A program made the position numbers and the translations under genes. From the human T2T-CHM13v2.0 reference genome, Homo sapiens: a stretch of 64,000 nt of DNA. The stretch lies in NCBI RefSeq assembly GCF_009914755.1, contig NC_060935.1, one strand, 5' to 3'. The notes beneath the pieces are model-generated. The model ran no database searches. It saw nothing but the letters and a program-made list of their open reading frames with translations, and was not told where the DNA came from. Of this stretch, positions 38,253-54,734 are shown piece by piece (positions within the stretch are counted from its first letter, which is position 1; every line of letters starts with the position of its first letter).

Positions 38253-38474
38253 GACAAAGGTTTTTAAGAAACTGAGATTGCCACTTCGTGAGGCCCTTCT
38301 TGTTACCCTGGTAGCTGGTATCTCAGACAGTGAATGAAGGATGGATCAGACAGGCTGGAGTTTTGATGCACAGTTCTTTGGGTACTGCAGGAGGAGCCCA
38401 CTGAGAAATGTGCATGGCGGGCATGCCTGCTGAGTTTATTATGCTGGTTATCTGTCACTTACTCTGACTAAAAG
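38253..38474 (+). other. Probable non-coding (5'UTR-type) exon, 222 nt
   Basis: ~50-nt near-pure pyrimidine tract plus CAG acceptor (AG 38251-38252); donor AAG|GTAAGG (GT 38475-38476); stops in all three frames. Confidence 0.6.
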
Positions 38475-39177
38475 GTAAGGGCTTCTGTAATTTGTTGCTG
38501 CAAAGAATTGGTACATTGTTCTCTTTCTAAGGCTTCCAACTAATTGGCTCTTGAGGGAAGATTGGAATGAGAGTTAGTGCTCGACTTCTGTAGCTTCTCC
38601 TGTTAGATCTCTGTTTTTTTTTTTTTAATATGTGAAGGAAAAATAACCTTGGCAATTTTTTGACTATTGGTGGAATGTCTATTCACTTGTTTTCAAAGAA
38701 AAACAACAAAAAACACCCTTTGATTCATGATGTTTATTTTAATTTAAAACTTTTCCTGGACTAGTAAAGAAATGTAGTGTATGTGTAGTCAATCTTTTCA
38801 ATGATTTCTGTAAACTGTGGGAATAGGAGTTGTGATCTTATCCCAAGATAAGAATATTTTACTTTAACAGATTGCATTTTTACCGATTGAAAATTACAGT
38901 GCATTTTATTTAGTAATCAGAGTGAGGAAAGTTAGAGACTATTTAAATGAAGTACAATAGTAACATTTACATTAATTGGTCAGTTACTGTAGTGTGGGAA
39001 TACACATGTTGATAAATATACATTACTAATTATGCTTCTTGTTTTCTGTATACTTAGAGGAAAGTTTTGTGTCTGTGCAGAATTGAAATATGTACTGAAC
39101 CACAGGCAAAAGAATCTTAGTAATAAGAATTTTAGCAAAAGAATCTTAGTAGTAAGTACTTAGAAAACTATATAAAT

Positions 39178-39280
39178 TTTTTATTTGTATAAATTTAAGA
39201 GATGCAAGTGTAGTTTTGTTACATGGATATAATGTGTATTGGTGAACTGTCAGCTTTTAGTGTATTCATTACCTGAAAAG
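39178..39280 (-). mobile_element. Short L1 3' end (L1MA-like) followed by TA/TG simple repeat to ~39356
   Basis: 'tttgtataaatttaagagatgcaagtgtagttttgttacatggatataatgtgtattggtgaa'. Confidence 0.75.
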
Positions 39281-39641
39281 TATGTGTGTATATACGTGTG
39301 TGTGTATATATATATGTGTATGTTTGTATATGTATATACATGTATATACACATATAAGTTTCTGTAGTTGACGGGTAACACATGACCTGAAAATAACCTT
39401 TTTAAAGTTTCCACGACAATATTTATTTGACATGCTAAGCATTTTTTCTGTATCATGACGAGTAGTTTCATGGATAAATTTAGGTAATAGCTATTGGAAA
39501 TCATCTGATGCCACCAAGCAACTGTCTTGCAAGACCAGAGATGTTTTGAGCGTAGGGTACAACCAGATTTTTTTCCATTCTTTTTACTTTTATTTTTAAA
39601 TTTTTATTTAAAAAACTTTTTTTGAGATGGAATCTCAGTCT

Positions 39642-39747
39642 TATATGTGTATGTATATATATACACATATATGTATATATATACATACACATATATATAC
39701 ACACACATATATGTGTACATATACACACACACATATATGTATATATC
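39642..39747. repeat. Compound TA/TG/CA simple repeat
   Basis: Alternating purine-pyrimidine tract of about 105 bp. Confidence 0.9.
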
Positions 39748-42195
39748 TTAAGGTTATGCTTTTAATCTGTCCTACTTAAAGTAATTAAAACTAGACTATC
39801 AGTTGATTGTTATCTCTCGGAAAAATGTACCTTTGGTTAAGAATCATTTCAAAAACAGATTGCCCATCACTATGGAATTTATGCAGTTGGAAACCAACTG
39901 AGCTTTATTGAAAAAAATGATTACGTCTTATTTTCTTAAGCACTAGTGATTTACAAGGACCGTTTGGTAGTAGCATAGGATGTATTTTATTGGGGACGGA
40001 GATCCCTTTAATGATATTTTCTTTATGGCTGCTGTACAACACTTGTGATGTGTGTTACAGTCTATCTCTATTTATCACTCTGTCTCATGAGCCATAAATG
40101 AAGGAAAGGTATATGTTGGGATACCCAATTTAAGTCACCTTATTTTATTTATTACGTTATAGAATTTGCTCCAAAGAGCATGTGGGAAGTGTTTTCTTCA
40201 AAAGGAAATATTGATGCATCCACTTAAACAACCTAGGGATATCAGCAAAACAAACTGGGTTTCTTTCATGTTAGACTTTGAGAAGAGACAAGAAGCAATC
40301 TGGGTGAAAGGAGGACACTATCAGTAAAAGAGAAGACTGTAATTTTCTTGACCTTGGCTCAAAGGTTTCTGTCAAGACTGCTGGAGGTTGAATAGGTAGA
40401 GTAGGGCCCAGATTTAAAGCTGGTGTCTCTCCCACACCTAACCCTCATCCCAGTCCCTCACTGTCCAGTGTCTTTGTCATTCAGTCTCCCCTGGTTTAAT
40501 GTGTCAGCAGGAGGGCTTTATCTTCTTTTCAAAATCAAAAGGAGATGGCCCAGTGTGGCTCCTACATACCCATGAAAACCTTAAACATTTCCCCTTCCAC
40601 ATTTTATCCCAATCATCTACATTGAGTAAAAATAAACAAGGAAAAAAAAAACAAATACTTCGCCTTCATAATCAATTTTTCTTCTCTTCCAAGTTTTCGA
40701 ACTTTGTTACTTAAAATGTCAACTGTATATATCCCTTACATAAAGCATAACAGTCTTAGGATACCTTTTCAGGTACAAAATCAGTGACTCTCAACCTGGG
40801 CGTATTCAAAGGACTCCCTTGTGGAGTGTTTGAATAATGCAGGCTCCAGCTACTGCCTACAGGAATTCGTGATTCTGTAGTCTTCATTAGTGCTTGGTAT
40901 ATGGGAGTTGTTTAGTAATAGTCACAGAATGTTACACAGTGAAATGTTTTCGCAGTAGTCTGACAGGACAGTGGATAAGTGCATTGCAAAATCTTTTCTG
41001 CTTCCTCTTTAGTTGAATTTGGAGAAGGGAAATTCCCTCCCTCTATTCTTCCTACATGTATATTAAGGAAAATGGGGCTTCTTTTGCAGAGGTTTCCAAG
41101 CCTCTGAAAGTAGATGAATCACCCTTAAAAGGCTAATAGGTCCCGCTAATCATTTTGCACCACACAAAACAAATAGTGACTTCTGTATCAGTAATACTAG
41201 TAAACAGCTGTCCTAGAAATGACTGTGAACATTAGTCCTAGGGCTCTCACAAACCTCAAAGTGATATATGGAGAGAACCCAGCAAATTGAAAACATTCTC
41301 TTTTTGTGAGTATATTTTAGGTGTATCTTGTCACTTGAGCCAGTAGGAGCGTGCTTCTTGGATAATAATATGGGTTTCCCAAACAACTCTTGAAGCACCT
41401 AGATCCATACATGTCGGATGCAAAACCATATCCATGGACCTGGAACTGGGCTGTGACCTAAGTGCTTGTTTTTCCCATCAAAGCGTCTTTCCTTTGGTAC
41501 CTTCGCTAGTTTAGACTGGGTCTTGAAAATTTGTTAGTTTCCCTGAAGCTATACGGGCAAATTCTGGGGAAAACAAAACAAAACAAAACTCAAACAACAT
41601 GCTGATATCTTAATATTATCTGTAATATGAGGACTTGAATTATGATAGCTGTTCTTTAAGTACTTCCCAGCTTTCTAATCTCTAAATTTTAATCTTTATG
41701 ACTATAATCAATTCTTAGTAAAGTCAGTTCTGCTATCACACTTGTTTTGAAAAGGCAAATTTGTTCCAAAGCAATTGATATATTCAAGACAAGCATAAAA
41801 CAAATGCTGTATTTGCTTATGTGTGATTTCCTCCCAGAGAAACACTAGGTAAATGCAGAAACTGTAGCCAGCTGAATGCCACATAGGAAAACCAAAAATG
41901 CACCCATGTTTTAGGAGCCCCACCCATCCACATCTGGGACTACCAACTTTCTGTCTGATTTCAGAATGCCCTTCTTCCACCACTTCACAATAACCCACAA
42001 GCCTCATTCCTTAACCACATTCACTTCCACAGTAAATCCCAGTTTTTTAATGTGATAATATGCCATGTTTATTGTTGTATTTGTATATTTCTCAACAATT
42101 TAACACATATAAAACTGTGCTACCATTTTTATTATGTTTCTGCTTCTTTTTAATGTGTTACTGACAATGTTTTTGATTGTTGTACCTCAAACCCA

Positions 42196-42506
42196 TTTTT
42201 TGTTTTGTTTTGTTTTGTTTCGTTTTGAGACAGACTCTCACCCTGTCGCCCAGGCTAGAGTGCAGTGGTGCAATCTTGGCTCACTGCAACCTCCGCCTCC
42301 TGGGTTCAAGCAGTTCTCCTGCCTCAGCCTCCTGAGTAGCTTGGATTACAGGCATGCGCCAACATGCCTGGCTAATTTTTGTATTTTTAGTAGAGACGGG
42401 GTTTCACCATGTTGGTCAGGCCGGTCTTGAACTCCTGACCTAGTGATCTGCCGACCTCGGCCTCCCAAAGTGCTGGGATGACAGGCATGGGCCACCGCAC
42501 CCGGCC
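42196..42506 (-). mobile_element. AluS with (TTTTG)n tail and TSD
   Basis: Full reverse dimer; TSD tcaaacccattttt / tcaaacctaatttt. Confidence 0.95.
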
Positions 42507-44085
42507 TCAAACCTAATTTTTCCAGTAAGCCACTTGGTTTTTACTGTGCGATTTTGCAGAGCACAAAGAATTTCAGCAACACATACATTCTACTGGAGCA
42601 GAACTGACTGTATGGATTTTGATATGATAAAATTCTCAGAGGCTAAGTGCCAAGGATATTTTGCATGCTGTAGCATTGTTTGTTATGAATGTGGTCAACT
42701 TAGCCTGTTTTCTCCTACTGTATATTTTTTCAATGACTCTATAGAACTGCCTCAGAAAAACCATTTATCAAACCTTCAAACTTCAGGGAAAGTTGTGTGA
42801 CATTCTCAAAAGTGAAGACTACAAAAGATGATTAGATACTTGGTCCAATCCTAGGAATGAAGTTTTGTGGTTTTGGCTAATTAATAATTAAGGTCATTGG
42901 ATCATTTGATTTTTAACAGATTCTAAGGTTCAGATGAGAACATGGAGATGTATTTCTTCAGGTATGCAACTTAAACAAATACAAATTTGATAATTTTTAC
43001 ATTTGTAAAAAAACATATGAAGCCCCTCATTGCATGAAACAAGGAAAATGCTGGACTGGTTTGGTAGAAGGGAAAGAGAATTTTAATCTCCCGAAGCAGT
43101 AGAGGGGTAAGTATATACTGTAGGCTTTTTTGTTTGCTTTTATTGTCTGCTTATTGTGGGTCTGGAAATTGGAGTTTGGGTTTTTGTTTCTGATTCTCCT
43201 CAGGGTTCTGACTTTTGGCCACAAGCAGTTACAGGCTGCCAGTACTCTGAGTATCCTCTTGCCACTTCCTGCTGGGCTAATGTTTATTTCACCACTGAAC
43301 TTGCCTTCCAGAACTTTGCAGAAATTCTCTAGGGAACTGAATGTCCCAAGACCTGAGTTTGAAGCCAGAATTGGGACCCTGGAGTTGTCCTAAGGCTCGT
43401 TTTTAGCTGTGTTATCTTGCAAACTACAGGGCCAAGCTTTTTTACCCTCAGTTGCCAAGTGGAGCTCTCCTCCCACTCCTTCACTAGAACTTTTCCTTTT
43501 AAAGTAGAACCATTTGAAACCTTTCTGGGCACAGCAGTGATAGTGAGGGAAGGTCACATGATCATGCTTTGAACTTGGCTGCTTGGGTGTGTAGCATGGT
43601 GCCTTGGGTATGTGGCATGGTACCTGGGTATGTCAGCTCAAGACTTTTTTACTCCTAAATATACATACAGCAGTTTAATTACAACCTTCACGGGCTTCTG
43701 GTTGAAGAGAGGAAACATAAGAAACATTGATACTGAAATACACAAACAAGTTGGCAAGGAGAATAAAAATGATAATCCTGTGAATAACCTTGAGATTTTC
43801 CTAAGCAGATCTTCAAGCTGACATGATCAGGGTCCTTCTATAGCACATCAGGTGTTAAAAATGTAAAAAACAGTGCCTACTAGATCCAATTTGGCTCTTT
43901 ATTTACTGAGATTAAAAATTATTCATACTCACTCTATGGTTATTTGTTGAGAGACACTTGCAAATCAAAGCCTGAAACCATGAAAATTACAAAACAAAAG
44001 TAAGTTTTTTGAGGACATGATGCAAACATTCCACTATAAGGTCACAAAGTTTACTGTTAACACAATATTGGTTAGTCAAACCTCA

Positions 44086-44472
<387 letters not shown>

Positions 44473-47400
44473 CAATCATAATTTTTAAATAAAATAAATT
44501 TAAAGTAAATTGAACAGCATATATTACTTATTCAAAGGGGAAAGGTTGAAATTTGTCTTCATACATAATGAATATTATTAAAATTGTATTAAATGAACTT
44601 TCTGATAAAATCTTTAATAATGCATTGATCTCAAGTGAAATGCTTTATTTTAAATCTCTTATATACCATGCAAAAATGATGAAATCATTAAAAGATTTCC
44701 TAAGGGATTTCCAGTGATTATATGTTTTGGTGAAAAAAAGGATTCAAAAGTAAAAAATGAATAGAAAATACTAGGCTCAAATATCACCCAGGTCCTCTGT
44801 GGAGTCTACAGCTCTGACATGCCTTGAGCCAAGCAGAACTAGGGATAAAAAGAGAAATAGGGGGACCAGCTTACTTTGGAAGTGTAAAAAAGACACTCCA
44901 CTTGAAGCGCAGTAAATACAGAAGGTTTCCTTTCACTGAAAAGGAGTGAGATTTCAGTACTCAGACGCAATCTGTGCCCTAAGATAACATGCTTGTTGGC
45001 AGGAGTATAACTGTTGGTTGTTGAAGAAATATATACAAAATGCATATTTAACAGTTGCTTTGATTAAAAAAAACTAATCTACGAGTCTGTTTTTGTATTG
45101 ACAATGGTTCTCCTAATGGCATGCCAAAAATATACCCCCAGCTATCCATGCTTAACAAGTTGAATTGGAGATGGATTACCTCTTGAGTACTCTACAATTG
45201 ACTGCTTCCGTTAGTCTTGGCAAATTATACAGCCAAATTGTCTATCTATTTTCTAATATGTCAGCAAAATTAAGCTGAAAAATGCATACAAGAATAAATT
45301 GCTGCTGGAATTGCATGATGCCCACCTTTTCTTTGTGTTGAGGAAAAAAAAATGATTAAATCACACTTTGGAATCATTCTATTTCAATCAACTCTATTTA
45401 GATCCTAGGTCTGGTTTAGGGAAGGTCTGTGAGACCTTTAGCTGCTGGGTATTGAGCTCAGTAAACTATTTAATAGCCACATTGTAGCTTTCAGTCAATG
45501 ATTTTCCACATTCCAATCTTTCTCCACTTTGGAGCCAGCCTTTTTGGGAAAACGGAGACCCATGGTTTCATTTCAACAAAGAAGGAATAACCAATCATGG
45601 AACATATTGGCTGTGCCACCAAGGAGGTGGCAGATGAGGATTTGGGGACTTCAGGACTGATGATTCTGAATCTTGACATGTTATTAGACTCATTGCAATA
45701 TGGCCAAAATTTTGAGTATCCTGGTTACTCAAGGCTACAGGCAAGAATTATTTTGAGTGCAGCTGTCAGAATTAAAAATAAAGGAAAGACTGAATGAATG
45801 AATGAATGAAGAAAACCAGGACATGGATGATTAAAATATTTCTCTTCTCTCCCTGCAAACATGTGGACAGGGAGATTCCATGTAAACTCTTTCTCTCTTT
45901 TAATCATATTCTTTTGTTCTAAGGAATATTTAGATTATTTTTTCTCCAGTGGAAGTTCTTTCAGTTTTACTTACTACAGCTCAGTGATTGCAGATTGCTA
46001 ATTTTGCTTGAAAACCAAAGGATTTGGTTGTTTTCACTTCATTAGCATCAGAAAGGGGGATTGGCTAAAGTGCTGGCCAAGGTAGCCTTGCAGAAGGAGG
46101 CAGGGTTGGTTTGGTAGGGAGAAAAGATTGTTCTTTGGAAATGTATAGAACTGGCTGTGCAAAAAATAAATAAAGCCATTCTCTAAGGTATTGCTGAATA
46201 TCAAGTTCTCTTTGCTGGGTTGGAGTGAAGTCTATTGCAGGTATCTATGGCTTTTTCATGGTTGTCAGTAAGTGTATGCCGGAGACTAAATAGTGATGCC
46301 TGGTGCTTTTTTAGCACTAATAACTTTTACAAAGGTGTTTTCTACCTCCAAACTCCTAGAATTACATAATGTGTAGGAGACATAGGGGAAGGAAGAGTTC
46401 TGGCCAGGATCAAAGTGGGGGCACTGGTGTAATCATTATTCTGAACCTGCTGGTCTTGAGCAGTTTTCCCCAAAGTGGCCTCAGCCCTATCAAGCTTTGA
46501 AATATAGTGCCTTGATGCTAATAGTCGTTATTTTTTTGTTTGCATTTATTCAGTACAAAAGTCTCCAGCTGTGATGGAACTTTGCCCACAGTGACAGGAG
46601 GGAGTTATTCTCAATCTTCTGCCACTTCTAGGTTGCTTTTTCTTTAGCAGAAATCATATGTCTTCACTCTGAAATTATATGTCTTTACTCTGAAAATATT
46701 TTGTAAAGTACTTCGTAAAGTATTTTGTAAAGTACTTTGCAGACTCCAACTCCATGGTGTAGAGGAGACACCATATCATAGTGTGGATTTCTAGAAAGGA
46801 GTAGACTGAGATATAGACAGGTGATGTAGCAGCCTTGATATCCTATCCCATAGAGACCTAGTGGTGAAGCAGGAAGCAATCAGCTTCACACTATTTGGAG
46901 AAGAGGAAAAGTTGTGATTTTCCTCTTCTGTGGGAAAAGACCCCCACAAAAGAAGATAGGACCATTTGTGCCTCCAATTTCTTTTTTCACGTAGTCATTT
47001 CAAAGCATTCTCTCATTTTTGTAGCTCATACAGTTCTGGGGGTTAGCAATGGCAGTATGTTTTGAAAATAAATGATACTCAGAAGGGAGAGGTAATAGGG
47101 AGAGTTCTAATTCCGTGAGATTTGTACTGTAAAGTATGTATGGTTCTAGCACCAGAATCCTCCTCCTTTTCAGATTATTTAGCCCTAATTACTTATTTCC
47201 CCTTTGCTTCCTAAACTCCTAGGAGATAAACTCCTTGAAGAAAAACTCCAGCTTATGGAAATAAATATTTTTGCTCAGAGAACACAGGAATCATAATTTT
47301 TTGGAATTGAAATACCCATAAGAGTAAAAGCATTGTTTTTCTTAAATATATTCAATACTACTGGCCAATCCAGAGGTCTTTCCTGAATTAACACAAACAT

Positions 47401-47981
47401 TAAAAAGTTGAAGTTTAATGCTTGGGGAAGATACCAGGAGAACTGGTAGGCACAAATCTTGCTTTGAGACACTGGCCAAGGAGGGTGTTTTGGTAGATGG
47501 TACAGGCAGACCCTATGACACGAATGCTGGATTCTGCAACTGCATGTGCTGAGTGCAGCAAAGAGTCCATGTGCTGAATGTGGAATTCACTCATTCATTT
47601 GTTCTCAACTATTTATGGAGCATATTCTATGTGCAATAAACACAACAAACATCCTCTTCTCATGGAACCTTCTCGTGGGAGAGCTTTGATCAGTTGCTTA
47701 TATGCATGCACTCATACACAATCTAAACAACAACAACAACAATAACAAAAAGCCCAGGTGATTATTGGACATCTCTATGAAAGGCACTGGGCAATAAAAT
47801 GGCAAGCAAGAATCTTTTCCCCTAGAGTAATCAGCGTGTTTCACAATTAAGAGGTAAAATATCATAAAAGTCTTCCCCTACGTTTGTGTGTGGTTTTCTT
47901 TCGTTGTTCAAGTTGATCGGGATATAATTGGTTGATACTCTTGAATAAGTCAAGGTTGCAAGCAGTGGACAATATGTGTTC

Positions 47982-48064
47982 AACACTGAATGATGGGAAA
48001 AATACAAAGTGGTAGAATTCATATAACACTGAATGATAGGAAAAATACAAAGTGGTAGAATTCA
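47982..48064. repeat. 40-bp tandem duplication (period 43)
   Basis: aacactgaatgat(g/a)ggaaaaatacaaagtggtagaattca at 47982-48021 and 48025-48064; 1 mismatch. Confidence 0.95.
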
Positions 48065-48788
48065 AACATTTTTTGGTAGCCCAAGATTTAAGGCAACAAT
48101 AAACCATTGTTTCTTCAACTCATGTTTTAAAAAGTCATTATAAACTACTTTAATCTCTCTGTGTGTTCAGTAAGTATAATAGTGTGAATATTCCTTCCAT
48201 CAGCGCCAACAACATTGATGCATCTTATGTCCTGTGCAAAGTGTTGCTGATAGAAAAATGGGTGAGACATAGTTCCTACCCTTAAGGAGAATATAATATT
48301 GAGGATTTGAAATATTACGAGAATCTGCTTCTAAAAGTAATTTTTTCTTATACAGTTTTGTAGATGCATGTTTAGGAGATAAGGAAAACTGAGCTATGAA
48401 TATAAAGTACCCAGTATAAACACAGGCAATCCTCTTGCCATTTCTAATCAAGTATATATAAAAATGACATTCTGAGAATGCTTGTACTAGTGTTTTTCAA
48501 ACTGTATTCAGTGAAAACATGTTAATAGTTATGGGAGAGGAGTAGGGATGAGGAAGACAGAGGGAGTTTTTATGGTCAAATCAGTTTGTCAAACACGGGT
48601 AAAGGAAGTAAGCAAGTTTTTCTTATGCATGCTTCTCCCAAAACTTTAATTTGCTAGTGTGCATTGTGACACTCCAGGATGGGTTATTGCAGTAGTTCCC
48701 AAATTTAGCATCATAATCACAAAGTCCTGGGCTCCAGAGATTCACTGAAACAAAACTCTGGCAGGTGAGAACTGGGGATTTTCATTTA

Positions 48789-48865
48789 TTAGGTTGGTGC
48801 AAAAGTAATTGCGATTTTTGCAATGAGTAATGGCAAAAGCTGCAGTTACTTTTGCATCAGCCTAA
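48789..48865. mobile_element. MADE1 (Hsmar1-derived MITE), complete, TA TSD
   Basis: ta|ttaggttggtgcaaaagtaattgcgatttttgcaat-gagta-atggcaaaagctgcagttacttttgcatcagcctaa|ta; ~36-bp terminal inverted repeats match the MADE1 consensus. Confidence 0.95.
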
Positions 48866-49236
48866 TAAAACACATTTGGGAGATTACTTTTAGGTAGTCT
48901 TAGTTACTTTTAGGCAGAGTCAGTTTATTTCAGCACTGGTCCCATGTACCATTGACATGCAGGAAGGAGCCCTCCCTGATTTGCATAACAGCAGAACATC
49001 GTTTATCCAAGAAATGCATATTGACATTTATGGAACTAACAGTTTGGAAATGCTGGCCCATGCATTCTTTTACCAAAGGCCTAAAGAAAAAAAAAATTAT
49101 AGGTAACAAGTTCACTAGTTTGGGACTTAGAGTTAATGTATATTTTGTGTGTGGTGGTTAAGATAGCACTAAGGATCAAATTCATTTTTTTGAACCCACA
49201 TTGATGGTAATTTATTATTTTTAAAGTGGTGCTTAT

Positions 49237-49546
<310 letters not shown>

Positions 49547-49805
49547 TTATAATGTCCTTAGACCATTTTCCCCCTTTTTTCAGCTAATATTCTCACACAG
49601 TTTGAATTTAATTTATAGTAAACTTTGCTTTGTTCTGTCACTTTCCTAGAGAACAATGCTTAAAGTTGTTGGATATATAAAACTCAAATTCCTAGAGATA
49701 GGAAATTGTATAATTAGGGTAAATTTGATAAGGTGTTGGCATGAAATAAGATAACTCTTTAAAGAGAGAAGAGAATGAAGGATCTTATTTATATAACTAA
49801 TTCTT

Positions 49806-50141
<336 letters not shown>

Positions 50142-51309
50142 TTATTATTCTGAGAGGGGTTACAGTGGCATAATTAAGATGATCTAATTAGACAAAAAAA
50201 TTTACTGGTCCTGAAAACAGATCACTTTCCTGAGAAAAAAAGAAAAAAAAATTGGAAAAACCTTCAAAGAGGTTTGCCTTTCTCTTCATAAACACTATTA
50301 TGCAGCATTTCAGAGCAAGCTACGGAGCTGGGCTTGGGCAGTTAAATCCTGACTTTGTGGTTTTGTGTAGACTTGGGGGTGCAGCTGTATCTTGAGTGGA
50401 GATAATAACCACTAATGGTAACCCCAGACACAGCTATTAGTGTCAGATTAAATCTAAATGCAACCTTCTTTTCCTTTTGAATATTCTCTTTGGTAAAATG
50501 TTTTTCGTAAACTCCTATTTGAGTCTCTGCTCACTTACTTTGTTTCAAGAGAGTATAAACCAGATCAGGGTGATTGTTCAAGTAAAAGTGACTGAGGCTC
50601 AATGCCATGAACATTGAGATTATAGGTGTATGAAAGGGCTTTGAAAATTTGTGTATAGTCATCATTGAAAACCTTGATTGCTGAAAATCAGACTCTGGTT
50701 AGATGTAGGCCTTGTCCTAAGGTCCAAGAAGAAAACATGAATGTAAGATAATGAAATACCACACCAATACAGCCCTACCTTGGAGATAGTGTGGGTTCAG
50801 GTCCAGACTACCACAATAAAGTGAAAATAGAAATAAAGCAAATCATGCAAAATTTTTGGTTTCCCAGTGCATATGAAAGTAAGGTTTACACTGTAACCTA
50901 TTAAGAATACAATAACATTATGCCTTAAAAAATATACATACCTTAATTTAAAAATACTTTATTGCTAAAAAAAAATGCTAAGGGTCATCTGAGCCTTCAG
51001 TGAGTCACAATGTTTTTGCTGGTGGAAGGTCTTGCCTCGATGTTGATGGCTGCTGCTGACTAATCAGAGTGATGTTTTCTGAAGTTTGTGGTGGCAGAGG
51101 CAGTTTCCTAAAATAGGACAACAATGAAATTGTCCTCATTGACTCTTCCTTTCACGAAAGATTCCTCTGTAGCATGCGATGCTGTTTGATAGCATTTAAC
51201 CTACAGCAGAACTTTCAAAATTGGAGTCAGTCCTCTCAAACTCTGCTGCTGCTTTATTAACCAAGTTTATGGAATACTCCTAAGTCATTTGTTCTCATTT
51301 CAACAAAGT

Positions 51310-53046
<1,737 letters not shown>

Positions 53047-54294
53047 TGTAGGGTTATTAATTGGCTGAATTTCAATATTGCCATGTGTCAGGGAATAGGG
53101 AGGCCCGAGGAGAGGGAGAGAGATGGGGAATGGCTTATTGGTAGAGCAGTTAGACCACAGTATTTATCAATTAAGTTCACCTTCTTATATGGGTGTGGTT
53201 CGTGGGACCCCAAGACAATTACAATAGTAACATCAGAGATCACTGATCACAGACCACCCTAACAGATATAATATGAAAAAGTTTGAAATATCATATTCTG
53301 AAATGTGACATAGAGACATGATGTGAGAACATGCTGTTGGAAAAATGGCGCCGATAGACTTGCTCAAAGCAGGGTTGCTGCAGATCTTCAATTTATAAAA
53401 ACATAATCTGCAGTGTGCAATACAGTGAAGTGCAATAACATGAGGTATGCCTGTCCATGAATAGTGGCATCTAATCTATTTCATGACTATTATCATTAAT
53501 CTAAAGATACACTGATGAAAAGACCAATTACTGCTGACATTTCTGCAAGTTGGAACTCTGTATATTCACCAGAGGACTTAACTGAAGACTGACACCAGGA
53601 ATTTGAGGATGGATTCTAGCAGAGATATTCTAGGAACCAGGACCTTTAATCTGATCACATTTAAAACCCGTTTCAAACATGCTAGTTAAATTATGTCAAG
53701 TCTCTGGGGAGATATCTCTGGAATCTGAACATTCTCTGGGGATTGTTGTTTGACAGGTGGAGCAGGTGAGACTCATACAGCATGTGAAGTCATTAAGGTA
53801 CAATTATGACAAGCTTGACTTGATCCTTTCTGATTTGCCTGCCAGCCTTGACAGCTCCAAACAGTTGGTGGGGACCTGAAGACACCACTTCTCTGGTTCC
53901 TTACAGCACAAACAGGGAATATATTCTGCTTCCTTTGGCTAGAGCTACATGAAAGAAATTTTTGCTGAGAAAGTGTAGAAAGCCCTTAGGTTGATGGTTA
54001 AGTTAGAAACTTTGGCCCTATTATCAGTGACTCCCTAGGTGTACACAATGAGTATAACAGTTTTTTGTTGTTGTTGTTTGTTTTTTGTTTTTACCTTAGT
54101 CTTCTTCCTCTTCATTTTTTTAACTCCTTTTTAAACCTGTGCTTTAATTGCAGGTAGACATTTTCTCATTCTGACAGGCAACTCCTTACTTTAGCCCTCA
54201 TTTGACGTGTGGCTAAAATTGTGTCTGTGCTTTGGAATGCAGGACTTTGGCATGTCTGCAGCAGCTTGAGTGACATAGATTAAGGGACATTCTT

Positions 54295-54580
<286 letters not shown>

Positions 54581-54734
54581 GGGCCATTCTTTATTTGTGG
54601 GGATGTGTATATTTCTTTTATGCATTACTAAGCCCTTTCAGCTTATGGTCTAGCTCTCAAGCCATATCCATGTTGGTGAGAAAGTTTAAAACACACAGTA
54701 ATTCTTGGGTAGGCAACATAATATTGCAGACAAC

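Noticed and set aside
42950-42968. Recursive-splice-like AG|GT motifs (tatttcttcag|gtatgc; also tttttcag|gtattt at ~26158)
   Set aside because: The pyrimidine tracts are short and such motifs are expected by chance in 64 kb of AT-rich intron. Support would require a saw-tooth RNA-seq pattern.
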